In this document: positions 49,479 through 64,000 of the stretch, one piece after another
How positions within the stretch are numbered: position 1 is the first letter of the stretch
Layout: each line of letters starts with the position of its first letter
From: Balanoglossus misakiensis
Taxonomy: Eukaryota > Animalia > Hemichordata
NCBI GenBank assembly: GCA_040954595.2
Contig: CM082592.2
Location: 10,316,731-10,380,730, forward strand
Length of the DNA stretch: 64,000 bases
Reading direction: 5' to 3'
Notes under the pieces: generated by a model
Database searches by the model: none
Seen by the model: the letters and a program-made list of their open reading frames with translations, nothing else
Told to the model about the DNA's origin: nothing
Program-made: the position numbers and the translations under genes

Positions 49479-52400
49479 ATGATAAACGGACAAGGTGAAC
49501 TTGAAGAATTTCGCGATCGGTGGCGACATGAGCTCCATCAGCGACACGACCCCGGAGGAGCGGAAGAGCGCAGAACGCTTCCTGGTGCGGCACCGGCAAT
49601 CGTTGATGATGCCGGGTGCATTGATGATGATGGGAGAAAGCGACGAAAGACTGAAGGGGACCCGCCAGATCGCAGCGGATATGATATTGGTATTGTAAAT
49701 GAAAATTTGAAAGGTTTCCCCAATCCCGAACGAACATCCAGGACAGTTGGAACTGCGGGCGGCCTGTTGCAAGGGGCGACTGGATGTTTGGCTTTGGTTG
49801 GAAAATATGGCAAGTCTGGTCGTGGAATTGAGAACGCCGGTATCGGCTTCAGCAACAAACATGATTCAGCGGACAAGAAAAGGGAAATTTCAGCAGGACT
49901 GAGGAAAAAGAATCAAAGCGAAAATCTTCTAGACAAGCTGATTTCTGATTTGGTAAGAACTGATCCCATAAATTACATCATCCTGATGTAATACCCCAAA
50001 GTAGAATGTAGTTACAATTTTCCAGAGGGAGAATGCAGTATGGAGAAATGCTCCGATATAGCTGCAAATATTTGAAATCGGAAAAGCTATCTGATGTCCT
50101 TCATATCAGCCCTTATATCGGCATGAGCATTTTCTTGAAATTTTAGAGAAAAAATGACACAATTTTGATCAGTGACCCAGTTTCCTACTTTGCAGTTTGC
50201 TGAAAGACCTTACCTATAAAACTATCCGAACATTTATACACTCATCATGTTGGCCTCACTAACATCTTTATCATACGGTTTGTCATCACGATGACGCAAA
50301 TGTCGTTTAAGAAAGTGCTCTCTGTTATCACCCGTGGCCCGCCTTTGGGATTTGAGCCCCTTTCTAAAAAGTACTACACCATGTTCGTTTCAATGGTGGG
50401 TGTGGCCAGAATGACGTGGTCACGTAGTGCATCTACTCCCCGTCATCACGAACTCACAACATCCATGAAATGTACATGTACATAATTTTTACAATCACAT
50501 TTACTGGCATGCGTGTATTTATAAAGTACTTGTAAATTCTCATTTTTCTGGTATATTATGCATTCATTTTCTAATCAAAAACTATCATTGTAGATAAATT
50601 GTACTTTTTTCATGTTCCAAATTAATCAGATGATGTTTCATACATCATTACACGATCGAGACTGCACCATGAATTTCCCTGTATGTAAGCCCTAAAGTGT
50701 ATGTAATGTGAGAAAAATGTTTCATCATGACAGTGGTACTACATTGTGCTTGTAGTGCATTGTATTGAGGATGAGTAAAAAAAAAATTGCAAAATACAAA
50801 TTCATGATGAAAAAAAAATTACGCAAAACTACAATAAGGTACAAGCATGAATAAATTTTCTCTTACCATATCCATTTTCTTATCCGCTATGACATGTTGA
50901 AGGCACGATAGCCTGTTGAACTGCATCTGTGGTTTTCCGAGAGACAGTGTTATCATTGCTGTGATTGTAGGAGAAATGCTGAAATGTGAAAGAAACAGGC
51001 ATCTTTTCAAGGGATGTTTTGGCAACACCTGAGATGCTTCATCCTGGTGATAGCCAAGAGACAGAAAAGGGAGTTCATGGATAAACAACTGCTGTGACAA
51101 GGTCTCTACTCATAATGATTCACCCTGCCATGGACGTGACCTCTGCTTGTTGCCATAGCCACTGCCTTTGCAAAATTAAACCACATTGTTGAGTCGTAGC
51201 AAGGTGGGATGTTCGATTGGTAAACAACAATAGCGGGAGACTGCAGTACTGAGCAAAACAAATTTATTTAAAAAATATTTATCTCTTGCGACTTTTAAAT
51301 TGTTGACTTTGACCTGTATGGCTGACTGGAAAAAACCTGCTGATTCAAATCATACTGATAATTGCTAGTAGTATTTTTATTTTACTACAACATGTTTCTG
51401 AACTGGTCAAGGGATTTATTCATGTATGTACATGTTTGCTATCATAGAAAAAAGTTTGAATTCACAAATAATTATTTATTTGTTTGTCAAGTTCCGGCAC
51501 AGACCCAATATGAGTATCTCACAAAATAATCAAATGTCTCAAATAAGGATGACAGTTATATTTTCAGGAAAAACATAAAAACTAGAAAAATCATAAAAAT
51601 TAACAATGGTAAAATTGTGAAGACAAAATACAGGATTAAACAAGGTTGATAAACAGCTCAAAAATGATTATAAGAAAATTAAACATGATTTCATAATCAA
51701 GTAAGCATAAAGTACACACTCAGTGATATTGATACAAAATAAATGGTGATTAATTCATTTAGTAACACTGTTGCTTTAAGATCTCTCTTGTAACAAAAAA
51801 CATGTTGTTTTCGAAATGAGATTCAAAAATAGCAGTTGACACTTGAAATATGGTGGAAGTGTTCAAGGATTATGGAATTGTCAAGAAGGCACATCATGTC
51901 AACACTGAATGACATTGCTTGATATTTCCTGAGAAAAGATATAGAAATTTCATAAAAAATACAATTTTCACATTTTTGATCGGCAGTCATGGTCAAGTCA
52001 AAAGTAAGAGTTATACCCATAAGGGAGTAATTACAAGTTTTCTTTCAGAGTTTCTGTGAATGTATTTTTGAAGTGAATAGCAATGATCTCGACAGAATGA
52101 ATGTAAATTATGGGGGAGGGGCATGCTGTACTGCACATGTGTAGCTTTTCTGTTTACAAATACGAAGTCAACATTACGCCAAAGTTCAGGGAGATGTACA
52201 TGTTACATCAAATTAACATTGGAATGTGATAACATGTAACAATGGATTGTTTGCGGTGATGCGCTGCGAATATCTTAAAAGTGCTGTCGACCGCATCCAA
52301 TACATTTAAATACAATTGCTGCTGCTTACTGTGAATCATACAGACTATTTTTCACCAGCAAATATTGATTGAATATCACCCCTGTCTGTGATGTGATGTG

Positions 52401-54347
52401 GTGTGTCACTAAACCACGTAGATTTCATTCTGAATTATGAATAGAGCAATGTGCAGATTCGCCCAAGGGTGGCTCTCTGAATTACCCAGGCTGTTCAAGT
52501 TTGTAGAATTGCCTGGCTTGATATCAACTAAGTAGAATTCATAGAGTCAGTTACCCATCATGTCAAGTGGAATAACCACCACGCCTAATCCATAATACTG
52601 GTTGAAACCGAAATCAAGCTACAAGTTCAAGAATACAGTCACGAGTGAAAAAATCAATTATTATATAAGACAATATTACTTGAAGGATGGTGTCAAAAGT
52701 TCAATGTAAGATAGCAGAACGCAATTTCTTCATTTTCCCTGAAATCCTACGCTTTTAGAAATTTAATCCTCTTTGTATTGAAGCTGTCTCATATGAGTGA
52801 TATATTAAAACTGAATTGTCAGGTGCAATTGACAACGATAGACTGTGGTTTGATGGGAAAACTGGGTCACTTGGGAGTGCATTTCAACAGAAACAAAAAA
52901 TGTACATTTCTACTTAATTTTTCAAATTTTAAATCCTATATTTATTTTTTAAGTTGTTTAATTGTATTTCTTTATTTGTTTTATTGTTTCTAGAAGCACT
53001 TGATTTTAAATTAATTATATGTAACAAATGTTTATTGTTATCAAAATGACATTTAAATCACCCACTGAATTTCAAACAAAAATGTACATAGTTTTTCAAA
53101 ATTTAACTATTTGTTTAAAAGTCATTTATTAGATTGCACTTTATAAGTTGTATTGTTACAAGAAACATTTGCTTTGAGATCAATTTTGTAACAGTGCTTG
53201 TTGTTTTCAAATTACTTTTAAAAATACCAGTTGACGTTTGAATTATATGATATATAGGATTGATGATTTATGATCTATGGTTCAAACTCCATGACCTACA
53301 TGTACATGTACTAAGTACCTAGCAATAATTGAGTCAATGCTCAGAAAGACTTAGTCTCATCATCATCATTACAATATTTTCACGTAGCAGTTCATTTCTA
53401 CAAGAAAGACATGTTTAACATTGTAAATACTTAGTTTAAGTACATATATTGCATTTGTAGTGGTCAAGAATGTAAACAAGTCAAGTTAAAAGTTCAAGAG
53501 TACAACCATAAGTAAAAATCAATATGTCAAAAATGTTAGCAGCAATGTCAAAAGTTCAATGTACAATAACAAAAAGTTAAATTTCCCCACCCACCTCTTT
53601 TAGAAATGTAATTGGCTTATTGAAAGCTCATGTATTACAACTTCATCAAAAGCAGAGGTCAACAGTCTGCGTTTTGATCAAAAAACTGGGGCAGTGTCGT
53701 TGAATTTCAATATAAACATCGGTATCCTGAGTTTTAAACAAAAGCACACTGTTCATTTTTCAAAATTGAATTCCAGCACAACAGTAATTAAATTGATTTG
53801 TTGGAAAAAAAACTTCTTTTTGCGGTTTTAACTGTCATCCCACACAGAAGGAATGAAGCCTTTTATCTGACATTGAACTTTTGACATTTCTATTGTAAAT
53901 ACGCAAAAAGAGAGGGCAGTGGCTGGAGTGTAGTGTCAACAAGGTGGGAATATTTCAATGAGTCATTATGTCCTTTTTATACAACACACGTGACATGGTC
54001 AACAGCACGCATTCTCTACGTTGACCATTTGCTGACCCCTACATGGGCTTACGTCCTGGTATTTTTGTTTAATATGTGGTGTTCAAAATTTATTTTGTGG
54101 CAAAACAAAGTGAATGTTTGCTTGAAAGTGAGAATGTTGTTGATCTTTATGGTAAGTGAATCAGATTCATTAACCACAAAAATACCAGGATGTGAGGTCA
54201 TTTAGGGGTCACAAAAATGATCTCATTATTCATGTCAAAATTAAGAAATGGTCAGTGTAATCTTGTTAAGTCCAAGTGCACATGATATCTGCTGTTTGTT
54301 GTAAGTATTTTTCATTCATATTGGAAATGTATTGTTCAACACAAGTC

Positions 54348-54423
<76 letters not shown>

Positions 54424-54484
54424 TTCATTCATTCATTCATTCATTCATTCATTCATTCATTTATTTATTTATTCATTCATTCAT

Positions 54485-54519
<35 letters not shown>

Positions 54520-57500
54520 TTTGTATATATATATATTTATTTATTTTGGGGAATAAACTTATTATTTTTCTTTCATCAATTCTGTGTGGAATTGTTATAT
54601 TTTTCTGCTTGTTGTTTAGATTGCCATTTGGCGTGACTCCAAAAGTACATGTATAAAATACACATGAATTTCATATCCCTCACTATGATTACAGACTGTG
54701 TGAGGATTTGAATTTACAAGTGTTTACGGCTTCAGCAATGCCTTGGTTATACAACATGTACAGGTGTGCTTATTCTTTCATGGACAACCACTTGACATTG
54801 GATTCACTGATAAATGTCGGGGATCAGCAATCTATGCTGACTTTTGTTGTCCTTTAGAAATCCCAAATGAAATGGATAGATAATCCGTCTCTTTCCACAT
54901 TTGTTTTATAAAAGTAAATTTTTTGTATATTTCTATGTGAAGGATGAAATCAATGACATACCGTTCTTCGATATTGAACTACCAAGAGAATTGGCCATGA
55001 AGATATTTGAAGTCTTGGATATGAAAGATCTCCTGAGTTGCGCTCAAGTAAGTAGTGAGTACAGACTGGTTTTGGCACACTTAAGCTTGCATGATCTTGT
55101 CACTTCTTTTGCTATAAACACACTGCAAATTACAAAATATAATCATGATAAATTTGTTTTTATCAGGGGGGTTTCTTTTTAAAATAATTGGTAATGTTGT
55201 TTTTATAAATCGGAAATATGCATGGTTTCTCGCCAATTTCGACACATTATTTTCCCACATGCTGGAAAATTCAATAATAACATGACACAATTTAGATTGC
55301 ATATCTGTGCCATGGTAAATTGCCCCCATGTCAAGGTTGAATTAAATCGGTTTAGGCAAATGAGCATCTGCTGTATTGAGTGAAAAGGATGGCGTGATCG
55401 AAGAGTTGATGTTGAAGTTGACGTACATGTATGCCAAGATGTTGCCTGAAAAGCTTCTGATGACATCATTTCTGGCATGGTCCATAAATTATATCATTTT
55501 ATTTCTTGCATATGAATAAATTGAACGCTCGAACAACTGACCATTCAGTATGTTTTGTGACAGTGAATAACATATGCACAAATGAGACAAAGAAAGAACG
55601 CAACTCACTGATGTAAAAAGAGATTGTAACCTTATCCTTTTAGTCCAGAGAAATGTTTCAATTTCATACTAGGTTAGCACAAGTTGGAGAAGCCTGGCGG
55701 ATGATGATATCCTATGGTGTAGAGTGTGTCATCAACTGGGATATTATTGTGATACACCAGCCAGTGAAAAGAAAAACTGGAAGAACGTTGTCAAGAATTG
55801 CCTTGATGAAGACACTACATTACGAGCCAACTGGAAGGTATTCAATGTTTTACTCTCTTCAAAAGGGTTGAGGCATCGACGTTTAACTTTCTGGAGTTAG
55901 GTAGTTTTTCATTTTAATGGTAGATATTATTTTACATCAGCTATTAAAGATGGAAGAAAGAATATATGAATGTATTAATGCGAGCAAAAATTGCTGGCAT
56001 GAGTCCAGATGTCCTGCCGTGTTCGGAGCGAAATGATCGCACTTGAACGTGAGGTTGCTATCGTTTTTTGACATCATCAAACAGAATTATAAACACTGTG
56101 GTTTCAACCACCAAGTGCAATCAGTGTTGATTCCAATTGAAAATGACATTTTCTGATCTTTGTTGGGGAAGTTGCGATGCCAGTCAGCGCTGGAAGTTTA
56201 TGAATGACAGATTTACAGAGCAATAGGTGAAGGCAGAGAGAGAGAGCAATTGGATGAGTTGTACACTTGTGATCAATACGGAATGACACTACCCGAAGGC
56301 TATTACGATACTTCAGTGGTTATTGTATTTGACCCAGGCTTTGACCTTCCTCGATGGGCTGAGGTGTTCATTACTCTGCATTAAATCAGCGGCATTTTGT
56401 GAAAATCAGGGGGTGTATACCCTAGACAAGTAAATGTCAGTTTCAGGGGGTGTCTACCCAGACAATGAAATATAGCAACATTTACATAGTATACCGGTAT
56501 ATGACAGAACATGTTTGTATAAACTAGTCAACAAGCGGCTTCAAAATTTCATCATACGCAATTGCATGTTGTTTTCCCAGAGAAAAAATAAGGTCATCTG
56601 TAACAAATGTGTAATTTGTTTTGTGAATATTTCCTTGCACTTCTAACCTGTCCTTGGAAAAGAAATGATAATTGGATCGTGGAATGAGAAAATGGCCCTT
56701 TCTACAAATTTACATAACGATGAAACATTGTCAGCAATGTATATCAATTGATATCAATGATTCATTTCTTTGGTTTGAAATTTTGTTAGGGTTTATCACA
56801 ACTGGGTATGATATCAGGTTGTTGAACAGCGAATTGCCGCATCTAGTGTTTGCTTCATAAATCGTAAAGTAATTGTCATTGTTATCATCGAGATAAATGT
56901 GGGGATACACGTAAGCTCATGAAGATGTGGTCAATGTGTATGAATACACGTAACCAACATATGCCGTCATCCAAAGTATGGTCAGTGCATTTAGATGTGG
57001 ACGAGAGCCAACAACTGTCAAAAAAAGGTTTTCACCTGTGAAATGTTTTATTATTGGATGTGTGATTAGGATGAAAATGCATCGATTAATTAAACACTAT
57101 GACTCAAACGATCTTTACATAATGCATCACTTTTGCATGTCTGCCCGGGTGTCACTCTGTCTCAGAAAAATCTGTATGCAATTACTCAGGTGACCTATTT
57201 TTCGCGTCTACAGTGACATTTGGGTAATGAAGTCAACATATATCTCTGGCTATTAGAACATTTGTCTTCTGTTGTAAGACATTGACTCACAAAGGTTTAC
57301 CTTGACTCAATTTTGTATTTTGCGTACTGACTCAAACAGATTTTTCACAATTTCTCAGATTGAGTCAAACATTTTCGAAAATTACGTGTGGTTGGAGAGA
57401 ACACTCTTAATGCATTGTTTGCGTAATTCTGCACGTAGACACACACCTAAGTGCATTGTTAATAGACAGATACGTTTGTATTAGGATTTGTAAATTCATT

Positions 57501-59101
57501 GGAATGTGAATCAGCTGTGTGTATTTCCACAGGAAAATATCAATGTGTCTTTCCTTTATGTTTGTCTTTTGCTGTCAGTTGAAAATGACGTGACAGAGCT
57601 CATAAGTACGTTTGTATCTTGCGTATGTTCTGATGATAAAATCTTGATTTGTTTGATGCGTAATATGCACGTACAGAGAAAATAAGCTGGAACATACAGC
57701 ATGTCAGAATACCTCAATTATTTGGTTGTTTTCTGTTAAAATGAAATTGTCTTCGTATGAAACCTCACTCAAGCTGTCACAAGCAATGTGTTCTCATTTC
57801 CACAATTCAAACAGGGGATTTAGAATTATTGAGGTGGATTTGGGATGATTAGGTGAAAGTCAGTGGTTCCATCACACACTGAATCCCCCTGTAATGATTG
57901 AGGCGTCGTCGGGTGTGGCGTGACAAATTGTGTAATTCGTACAGCCTTGAGGAAACACAGTGTGTCACGTGACTTCCATAATGATTAACTAATGATTCTG
58001 CATGAATCAAGCAAAAGCTTACATCATACATGTATGCACTGTGGCATCGGATTGACTCAAATGCATTCTCATGAAATGTCGAAATGAATCAAACATCTTC
58101 AAATCTTGTGGTACATGTAGAGGTGGCCACACATACATGTACATGTATAATGTATAGTCCTGCTTCTCAGTTTACATACAATTTCAGTTTCTGTATCTTT
58201 AATATGAAATGTCCCATTTTCTGATACAATGTGCATGAGTATATTTCTGTGTGTTCTGTGTCATAATCCACCTGGGTTTTGTTCTCATAAAATAAAATAA
58301 AATGAAGAGAGGAAAAGCTATATATTACTAACTGTGGTATGCATAATGAATAATGTAAATGTTATTGGTTTGTTCCAGGGTCGTATTGGTGGCTTAATGA
58401 CATTTGAATATGTCAGAGGTGGAATTCTTAATGCTGTACAATCCTATGGTGATAAAATCATCTCAGGGTAATATAATTATTATTAATATCCACGATATAT
58501 GTCAATGTTGATATTTCTAATATTGACAGAGTGATATAAATATTATTGATATTGACTTGAGGGTTTTCTTTTTCTGCTGAAATGTAAATTGATGTGGAGG
58601 CTGTTAAATTGCTGCTGATGAAATTGCCGAGTGTGCCAAATACATATCATGTTGTGATGTATATAGAAAATCAAGAAGCACATATACACTATTCAGCAGG
58701 CGTTGTGTGCGTATTGTGTTTTATATCCTGCCGATGAATTACTGTAATATGCCATTAAGAGATCATATTTCATACAATGCACTGCATTGAAAACGGATAA
58801 TGGGGAGAAATGATTGAACCTGGAGCCACTTACGGCTGCATAAATGGCGGACTGAGAGACGTGCATAGATTTGACCTACTTCGCTTGTCACTGAAGGTCA
58901 CAGCACTCTTATTAATTTGTTGAAGTGAGCATCTTGTGAGCAAAATTGAACAAATGGCAGATTTGAACAGGGAATTAAAAACTACATTGTAGTTGTTAAC
59001 TGGGCTGTACCACAGAAACTCAACAGCATTAATGTTTTATGTCAATAGAATGTATGTAGCAGCCTCCATTGAAATATTTTTTGTGCCAATCTTCCTTCTT
59101 T

Positions 59102-59145
<44 letters not shown>

Positions 59146-59763
59146 TGATTTGGACAGACAGATGGACAAGACAGATAGACAGTTATATACAAATGTAGAT
59201 AGATAGATTAATAAAGGTTTATCTTGAGGTGTTTGATATTGGTTGACTGTCTATGTTCACAGCAAAATTAATAACTTTATTATGTGACGTGTTTATGATG
59301 TGCCAAATGTACCTAATGAATTGTCAGCATTGATGCATAAAACTTAGGAATGTCTGAGCTGTCAGACCAGATTCTCTGATTATCATAAAGGAATTTTATG
59401 ACTGTTATGACGAGTACTTTATACTGGACATATGTGTTGATATGTTTTATGAGAAATTGGTGTACTGGTCATTGTGCTGAGATATGATCATCAAAGGCGA
59501 TCACATTAATTTTGGATTTGTAATAAATCATCTGGATGACACCTGTGATGCATATTTCACAAAGGTATACTTAATGAGAGTGATGTTCGTTTTCTTTTGT
59601 TGAAGGTATTCTGGTGGCGATGTTAAACTGTGGGATATAAATAGCAATGACGGTGACTTGCTGCAGACATCCCATGAGTCAGTGGGTTTCGACCCCAGGA
59701 ATAGACCGGCTGTCAGCCATGTGGCGCTGAATGGCGCCGTTGCTATGGCAACCTACGAGAATG
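49479..59763 (+). CDS. FBXW8: F-box/WD repeat protein 8, exons 1-5; 3' exons apparently beyond the window
   Basis: Exons 49479-49952, 54943-55047, 55673-55837, 58379-58467, 59606-59763. Translation: ELEEFRDRWRHEL ... LLDKLISDL/DEINDIPFFDIELPRELAMKIFEVLDMKDLLSCAQ/VSTSWRSLADDDILW...LRANWK/GRIGG...KIISG/YSGGDVKLWD...ATYENG. Collinear with recalled human FBXW8 (LDEFRRRWQEEL; LVDQLIRDLNEMNDVPFFDIQLPYELA; GYTSGDVRVWD; AAYEDG). Confidence 0.93.
52560..53800. repeat. Diverged direct repeat (period ~0.85-0.9 kb) in FBXW8 intron 1
   Basis: Shared blocks AAGTTCAAGA.TACA, TGTCAAAAGTTCAATGTA and TTTTAGAAAT.TAAT at ~52620-52780 and ~53490-53630; inverted CATTGAACTTTTGACA at ~53871. Confidence 0.5.
54348..54545. 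repeat. (ATTT)n/(ATTC)n compound microsatellite
   Basis: Directly visible; explains the YLFI-repeat ORFs. Confidence 0.97.
59097..59146. repeat. (CTTT)n microsatellite
   Basis: Directly visible. Confidence 0.95.
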
Positions 59764-62700
59764 GTGAGTTTCCCCCTCGTGACCTTGATGGTGACATCTC
59801 GGGCGCAGTGACTGTAGGTTGCATGGAGATTTCTGATGTAAATAATAAAACGGTTTGTGTCAGAACTTGCCTGAGGATGCAGAAACCTGGAGGCAGTGAT
59901 GTCATTGCCTTGAACAATGGCTGACAACTCACTGCCTGCATGTCTGAACATGCAGTGGTAATTATTATGTCACTCGGTTCCTGCCTCCAGGTGGAGAGAG
60001 CTCGGAGAAAAACAACCCAGACAGTGACCACTATTTATAGAACCACTGACTAGATGGCCAGGGAATCCCCATTTTACTTGTTTGTTTATTTTAAGCAAAA
60101 AAACTGTGCCCCACCTAATGACCTTGTACCTAAAATATTTCCACCTTTATCACCTCAGTGATTATTGAGCAAATATTATGACCAGTTTATTGGTAATTTC
60201 AGGCACCTAATACCTGAAAATAAACTTCGTAATCTTAATCAAACAGATTTTGAAAGGGATAAAGAAAGCTGTACTTTGTCCTAAATTCAACTCTTGTACC
60301 CTGGTCTAGTTTTATGGGTTGAATGTTTTTATTATGGTGTGTGTGTAGGTGAAGTTTATTTTCATGGAACTGTGGCCAGCATTGATGGATGGATGCATAC
60401 ACAAAAACAAGTCATGTACCCATCATGTCTATTGCACTCAGTTGTGTAAGGAGTGATACTGTATGGCCGGTGATGGCAAAGTGTGTGGGTAAGTGTGCAT
60501 GCCTGCATGCATGCATGTGTGTATGTGGAAATGTGGAATGTGTATGTGCAAATATGTGAATGCTTGTGTGTGTGCATGTGCCCAGTTATAACCCTGGTGA
60601 AGTACCAGATATTACTTACAACTACACACGCAACAAAATTCAACACATCTGGCGTCATATCAAATAACCCCAGTTTATTATGTTTGTCTGGCCATCTCAT
60701 ATTTAGCCTGATGATATGGTAATATATGACTTTACATACAAAACTGCGCTCACACATGCAAAGACATTAAACAGTTATTTCATGAAAACAGAGGAGTATA
60801 CAGTGACAGAGATAAAATTGCTGTGAACTTTTATGAGGTTGAACACCGTGTAACTTTTAACATTTTTTTTCTGCAAAAAGTTTGTTATGTATCATCATAC
60901 AATATGTAGACATGTGCATTTTCTTATTCAACTCCATACCTGTGTTGAAGTACTTGGCTCATCAATACAGTTTTAATGGCAAACCTGATGAAGATGCTTA
61001 TAGTTGTATGTCAGTGAAGATTTTCGTCAATAAACTTTCTGAAATCCAGTTCTTTCATTTTGTTGACCTTGGCTGACATTAGCCTTCAGACATCAGTTTT
61101 ACAACCGGCAACAACATTTCAACTCCATGGCGATACTCGTTCGTGTTCCACAAATCAAATTCACTAAACAGCTGGAGTTCCATTTCGAATGGGCGATGAT
61201 GGAAAAGAGAATGATATTAAGCACAGCTCTATTTTTCTACCAAATTAAACGCCACAAATATCCATATCGATAATATACCCGTAAATTGTCCAGATCATAA
61301 ACTATATTACCATTTCTGTTGAAATTGCACGCTAATGCATTTTCAGACAATTCTGATTGTGTGGGTCGATCCAGGCAGACGTGAAATGAACAAAGGAAGA
61401 GTGCCTGAAAGCTGACAAAGTCATGATAAAAAGTAACACAGAAAGATTTAAGTGTCTGTGGTTACATGATATGATAATAGACACAGCAGTTATAAATTTT
61501 GATTAAATGTCTCCCTGGAGTCCGGGATGCAGCTTATATTAAGTAACGTTATACAAGCAGGCAACAGTAGCTAAACCGTATCTATAAAGCTATGAGTGAA
61601 TGTCATTAAATTTGTGCATGACCAGATGACAGAAATGTACAGTCATTAGGTTTACTTTGTGGAAAAAAAACCCACCTGTTTCAGCGAACAGTCTTGTCTC
61701 GGATGATTTAATTACGATCATAAAATTGATATTGGTACGGTTACAGGTAATAGTACTCTGCATTACTCATCGTGTGTTTTTTTTTCTCTCTCTGCATGTG
61801 TGGATTGTCTCCTCAAAAATTTTATGCGGTGTTTATTGCGAGTGTACGCTTGCAGTTACCACGAGTTGAAGCATCACGCTTCATAGATATATGCTGTGTG
61901 ACATAATTTTTTTTTTTTAAATCTCAGACAAGGAGGAAAGAAATCTTGCCTGTGATTTTTGATCGTCATTATTTGATCTCTATCATATATGGTCATGTAT
62001 AAAAATCATAAGCAGGCTTCCTTTCCTTTCCTTGATGTGTTAATTTGGAATTGTGCTGAGAGATGATGGATGGCAATGGAAGTAAACGACATGACAGACA
62101 AATTAAAGTTTATTAAAAGACCGAGCACACCTGTATATCTGATTTTAATGATATTGTGGCTGTGTGTGCATGGTAGCACTGAGAAGCATGGTGTATTGTT
62201 TTTAGGAACTGCAGCAACTTTGAGCCAAGCTTACAGCTTTTCAACTTTGTTACGGGGAGTGTTTTGCATCAACTGAATGGATGTTAAACCGTTGCAGTGA
62301 CTTCACTTTGATCACTGAACTGAAAGTTATGGCGTGACCTGCAGCGGTCGCCAAGTCTCTTTGTCAGTAGTTGAATTTCACTTTTATCTCTTGTGTTGAT
62401 TTTCTCAGTGTCGTTAAGTTTGATAGATGTGCCAAAGTACATGCAGGAAGTACATGGCCCTTTGAAGTTGATAAAATCAGGTTTACTTCTATGCAGAGAA
62501 TGGCGTATTCAGCTCTAGTCTAGAGTCCGGCCTTGTGGTTTTTTCACTAATGGCTCATAAAGGGAAAATCACAAGGCTAGATTCTAGACTAATTCAGTTC
62601 ATAAACCTCCCATGAACCACTTGCAAGTCGGGGAAATAAAATTGGTTTTGAAAGTTGTGGGGGATGGAATTGTAAAAAAAAGTTGCTCTGTGCAGTTTAG

Positions 62701-63650
62701 TGGCAGCATTGAGGTCAGGGGTCAGGCCAGGGTTTATTTTAGGGTCAAGGTTAGGATCAGGGTTTTCATTCAAAGAGAAAGAATAGCCATCATGTTACTA
62801 GTAGATATTCAACACACTGTTTTTAACAGTAGCACATAGAAGGACTTTATTTTTAGTACATGGTCATTTCTGTTGTTTGCAGCAGTAGATGAATATTTTC
62901 TGGTATTGACCAAAACTTATATGGTGGACGTGTTATGTCTACTCATTTTCAGAGAAGATATACTTTACATATACATGCTTTATTATGGTTTTATAGTGAT
63001 ATCTGTCTGATTTTACATATGAAAAGTTCCCCTGCATCGTTTCATATGCTAACAGAGAACTTTTATTTAAAACAGTGATGTCATATCTTTGAGTCTTTTT
63101 TCTAAAGGTGTTGTGATGATTGTACTGCAAAAGTACCGTTGAAACAGCATCTAAATTGGGATATGGTACCTGTCCTAGAAACTTGGCATCAAATCAGTTT
63201 TTGCAAATTGTTATGTACAAACCGATATGTACATATTACAAGAGCTGCTTGTGTAAATCTGAATATTGAGATAAGGATGTCCCCAAAATTAGGTGTGGCT
63301 TTGAATTTGAATTTTACAGCGATACCTTTTGTAGGACTATAATAGGTTATTTGTGTAAACAGAACAATTATAAAGGATTCATTGAAACTGGAACAGCAAC
63401 AAAGATTGAGAGCAATTATTCCTGTAACGGGACTACTGCATGAGTAATCAGTGTGCAATATATCACATGATGAATGTCGAACTTAGTCTATGACTAGTTT
63501 CTGTTAAATAGTCACTTTTTCACTCACTGCATGCAACACCTGTTGTTTGTACAGAGGTTGCACACACCTGGGTGTATACACAGACAAGGTCAGCCTCTTG
63601 TGGAAGACAATCGCTTATCCTTGTTCTCAAGTCTTGCCAAGCTATACACA

Positions 63651-63750
63651 AATCAGATTAAAATCAGATGTAGGGAACGGCAACATGGGTTTTTTTTATG
63701 CTGTCGCCTCACACTACGTCGCCTTCCCTACATCTGATTTTAATCAGATT
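63651..63750. mobile_element. Short foldback/MITE with ~33-bp inverted arms
   Basis: AATCAGATTAAAATCAGATGTAGGGAACGGCAAC ... GTCGCCTTCCCTACATCTGATTTTAATCAGATT. Confidence 0.7.
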
Positions 63751-64000
63751 GTACACAAATCAACTGCTTGTCTGCTATCAAAGTTTGGAGTTGCAGAAAC
63801 TTTCATGTTTTTATGTTGAGTGGCGATCTACTTAGGTTTTGATGGAGGATATCGTATTTCACGGGACACGAGTTATAGGCGACCTTTCCACTGACAGATG
63901 CATACCATACATGAAAGCCATTAACTGGGAACTGATGGATCGCCATAAAAAAACGCTTGAATCATCCAGATCCTTTAACTACTTTGCATACAATGCATAC

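Noticed and set aside
49321-49876. Several 110-140 aa minus-strand ORFs
   Set aside because: Antisense shadows of GC-rich FBXW8 exon 1.
54276-54656. Hydrophobic YLFI-repeat ORFs resembling membrane proteins
   Set aside because: (ATTT)n/(ATTC)n microsatellite inside FBXW8 intron 1.
59764-64000. Further FBXW8 exons
   Set aside because: No in-frame segment resembling the next WD40 repeats was found by eye; treated as intron.

Overview
Eukaryotic, intron-rich animal DNA of moderately low GC, by inference from a marine invertebrate (possibly a non-vertebrate deuterostome; taxon not provable from this window). No prokaryotic features such as CRISPR arrays or operons are visible. Seven protein-coding genes were reconstructed by manual splicing. 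(1) BLTP2/KIAA0100/hobbit, 5' part (-, runs off the left edge). (2) Five-exon secreted BRICHOS-domain precursor A (+), ending in a 42-aa tandem Cys-hairpin peptide. (3) Intronless class A GPCR with DRY changed to IRA (+). (4) Four-exon BRICHOS precursor B (-), ending in a 28-aa Arg/aromatic-rich arenicin-like peptide, GCFWIRYCRYTYLGDGWWYRRCTYILYC. (5) Mosaic trypsin-family protease, LDLa x7 - WxxW x2 - LDLa x6 - TSP1 - protease (-). (6) Small BH3-only protein (-). (7) FBXW8, 5' part (+, apparently runs off the right edge), head-to-head with gene 6. There are two main candidates for novelty. One is the pair of BRICHOS-chaperoned putative host-defence peptide genes, whose peptide exons are absent from the ORF track. 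The other is the BH3-only gene, whose position and orientation match human HRK-FBXW8 and suggest an invertebrate HRK-like gene. MITEs, foldbacks and microsatellites are also present. Homology statements come from recalled sequences and motifs, not database searches.
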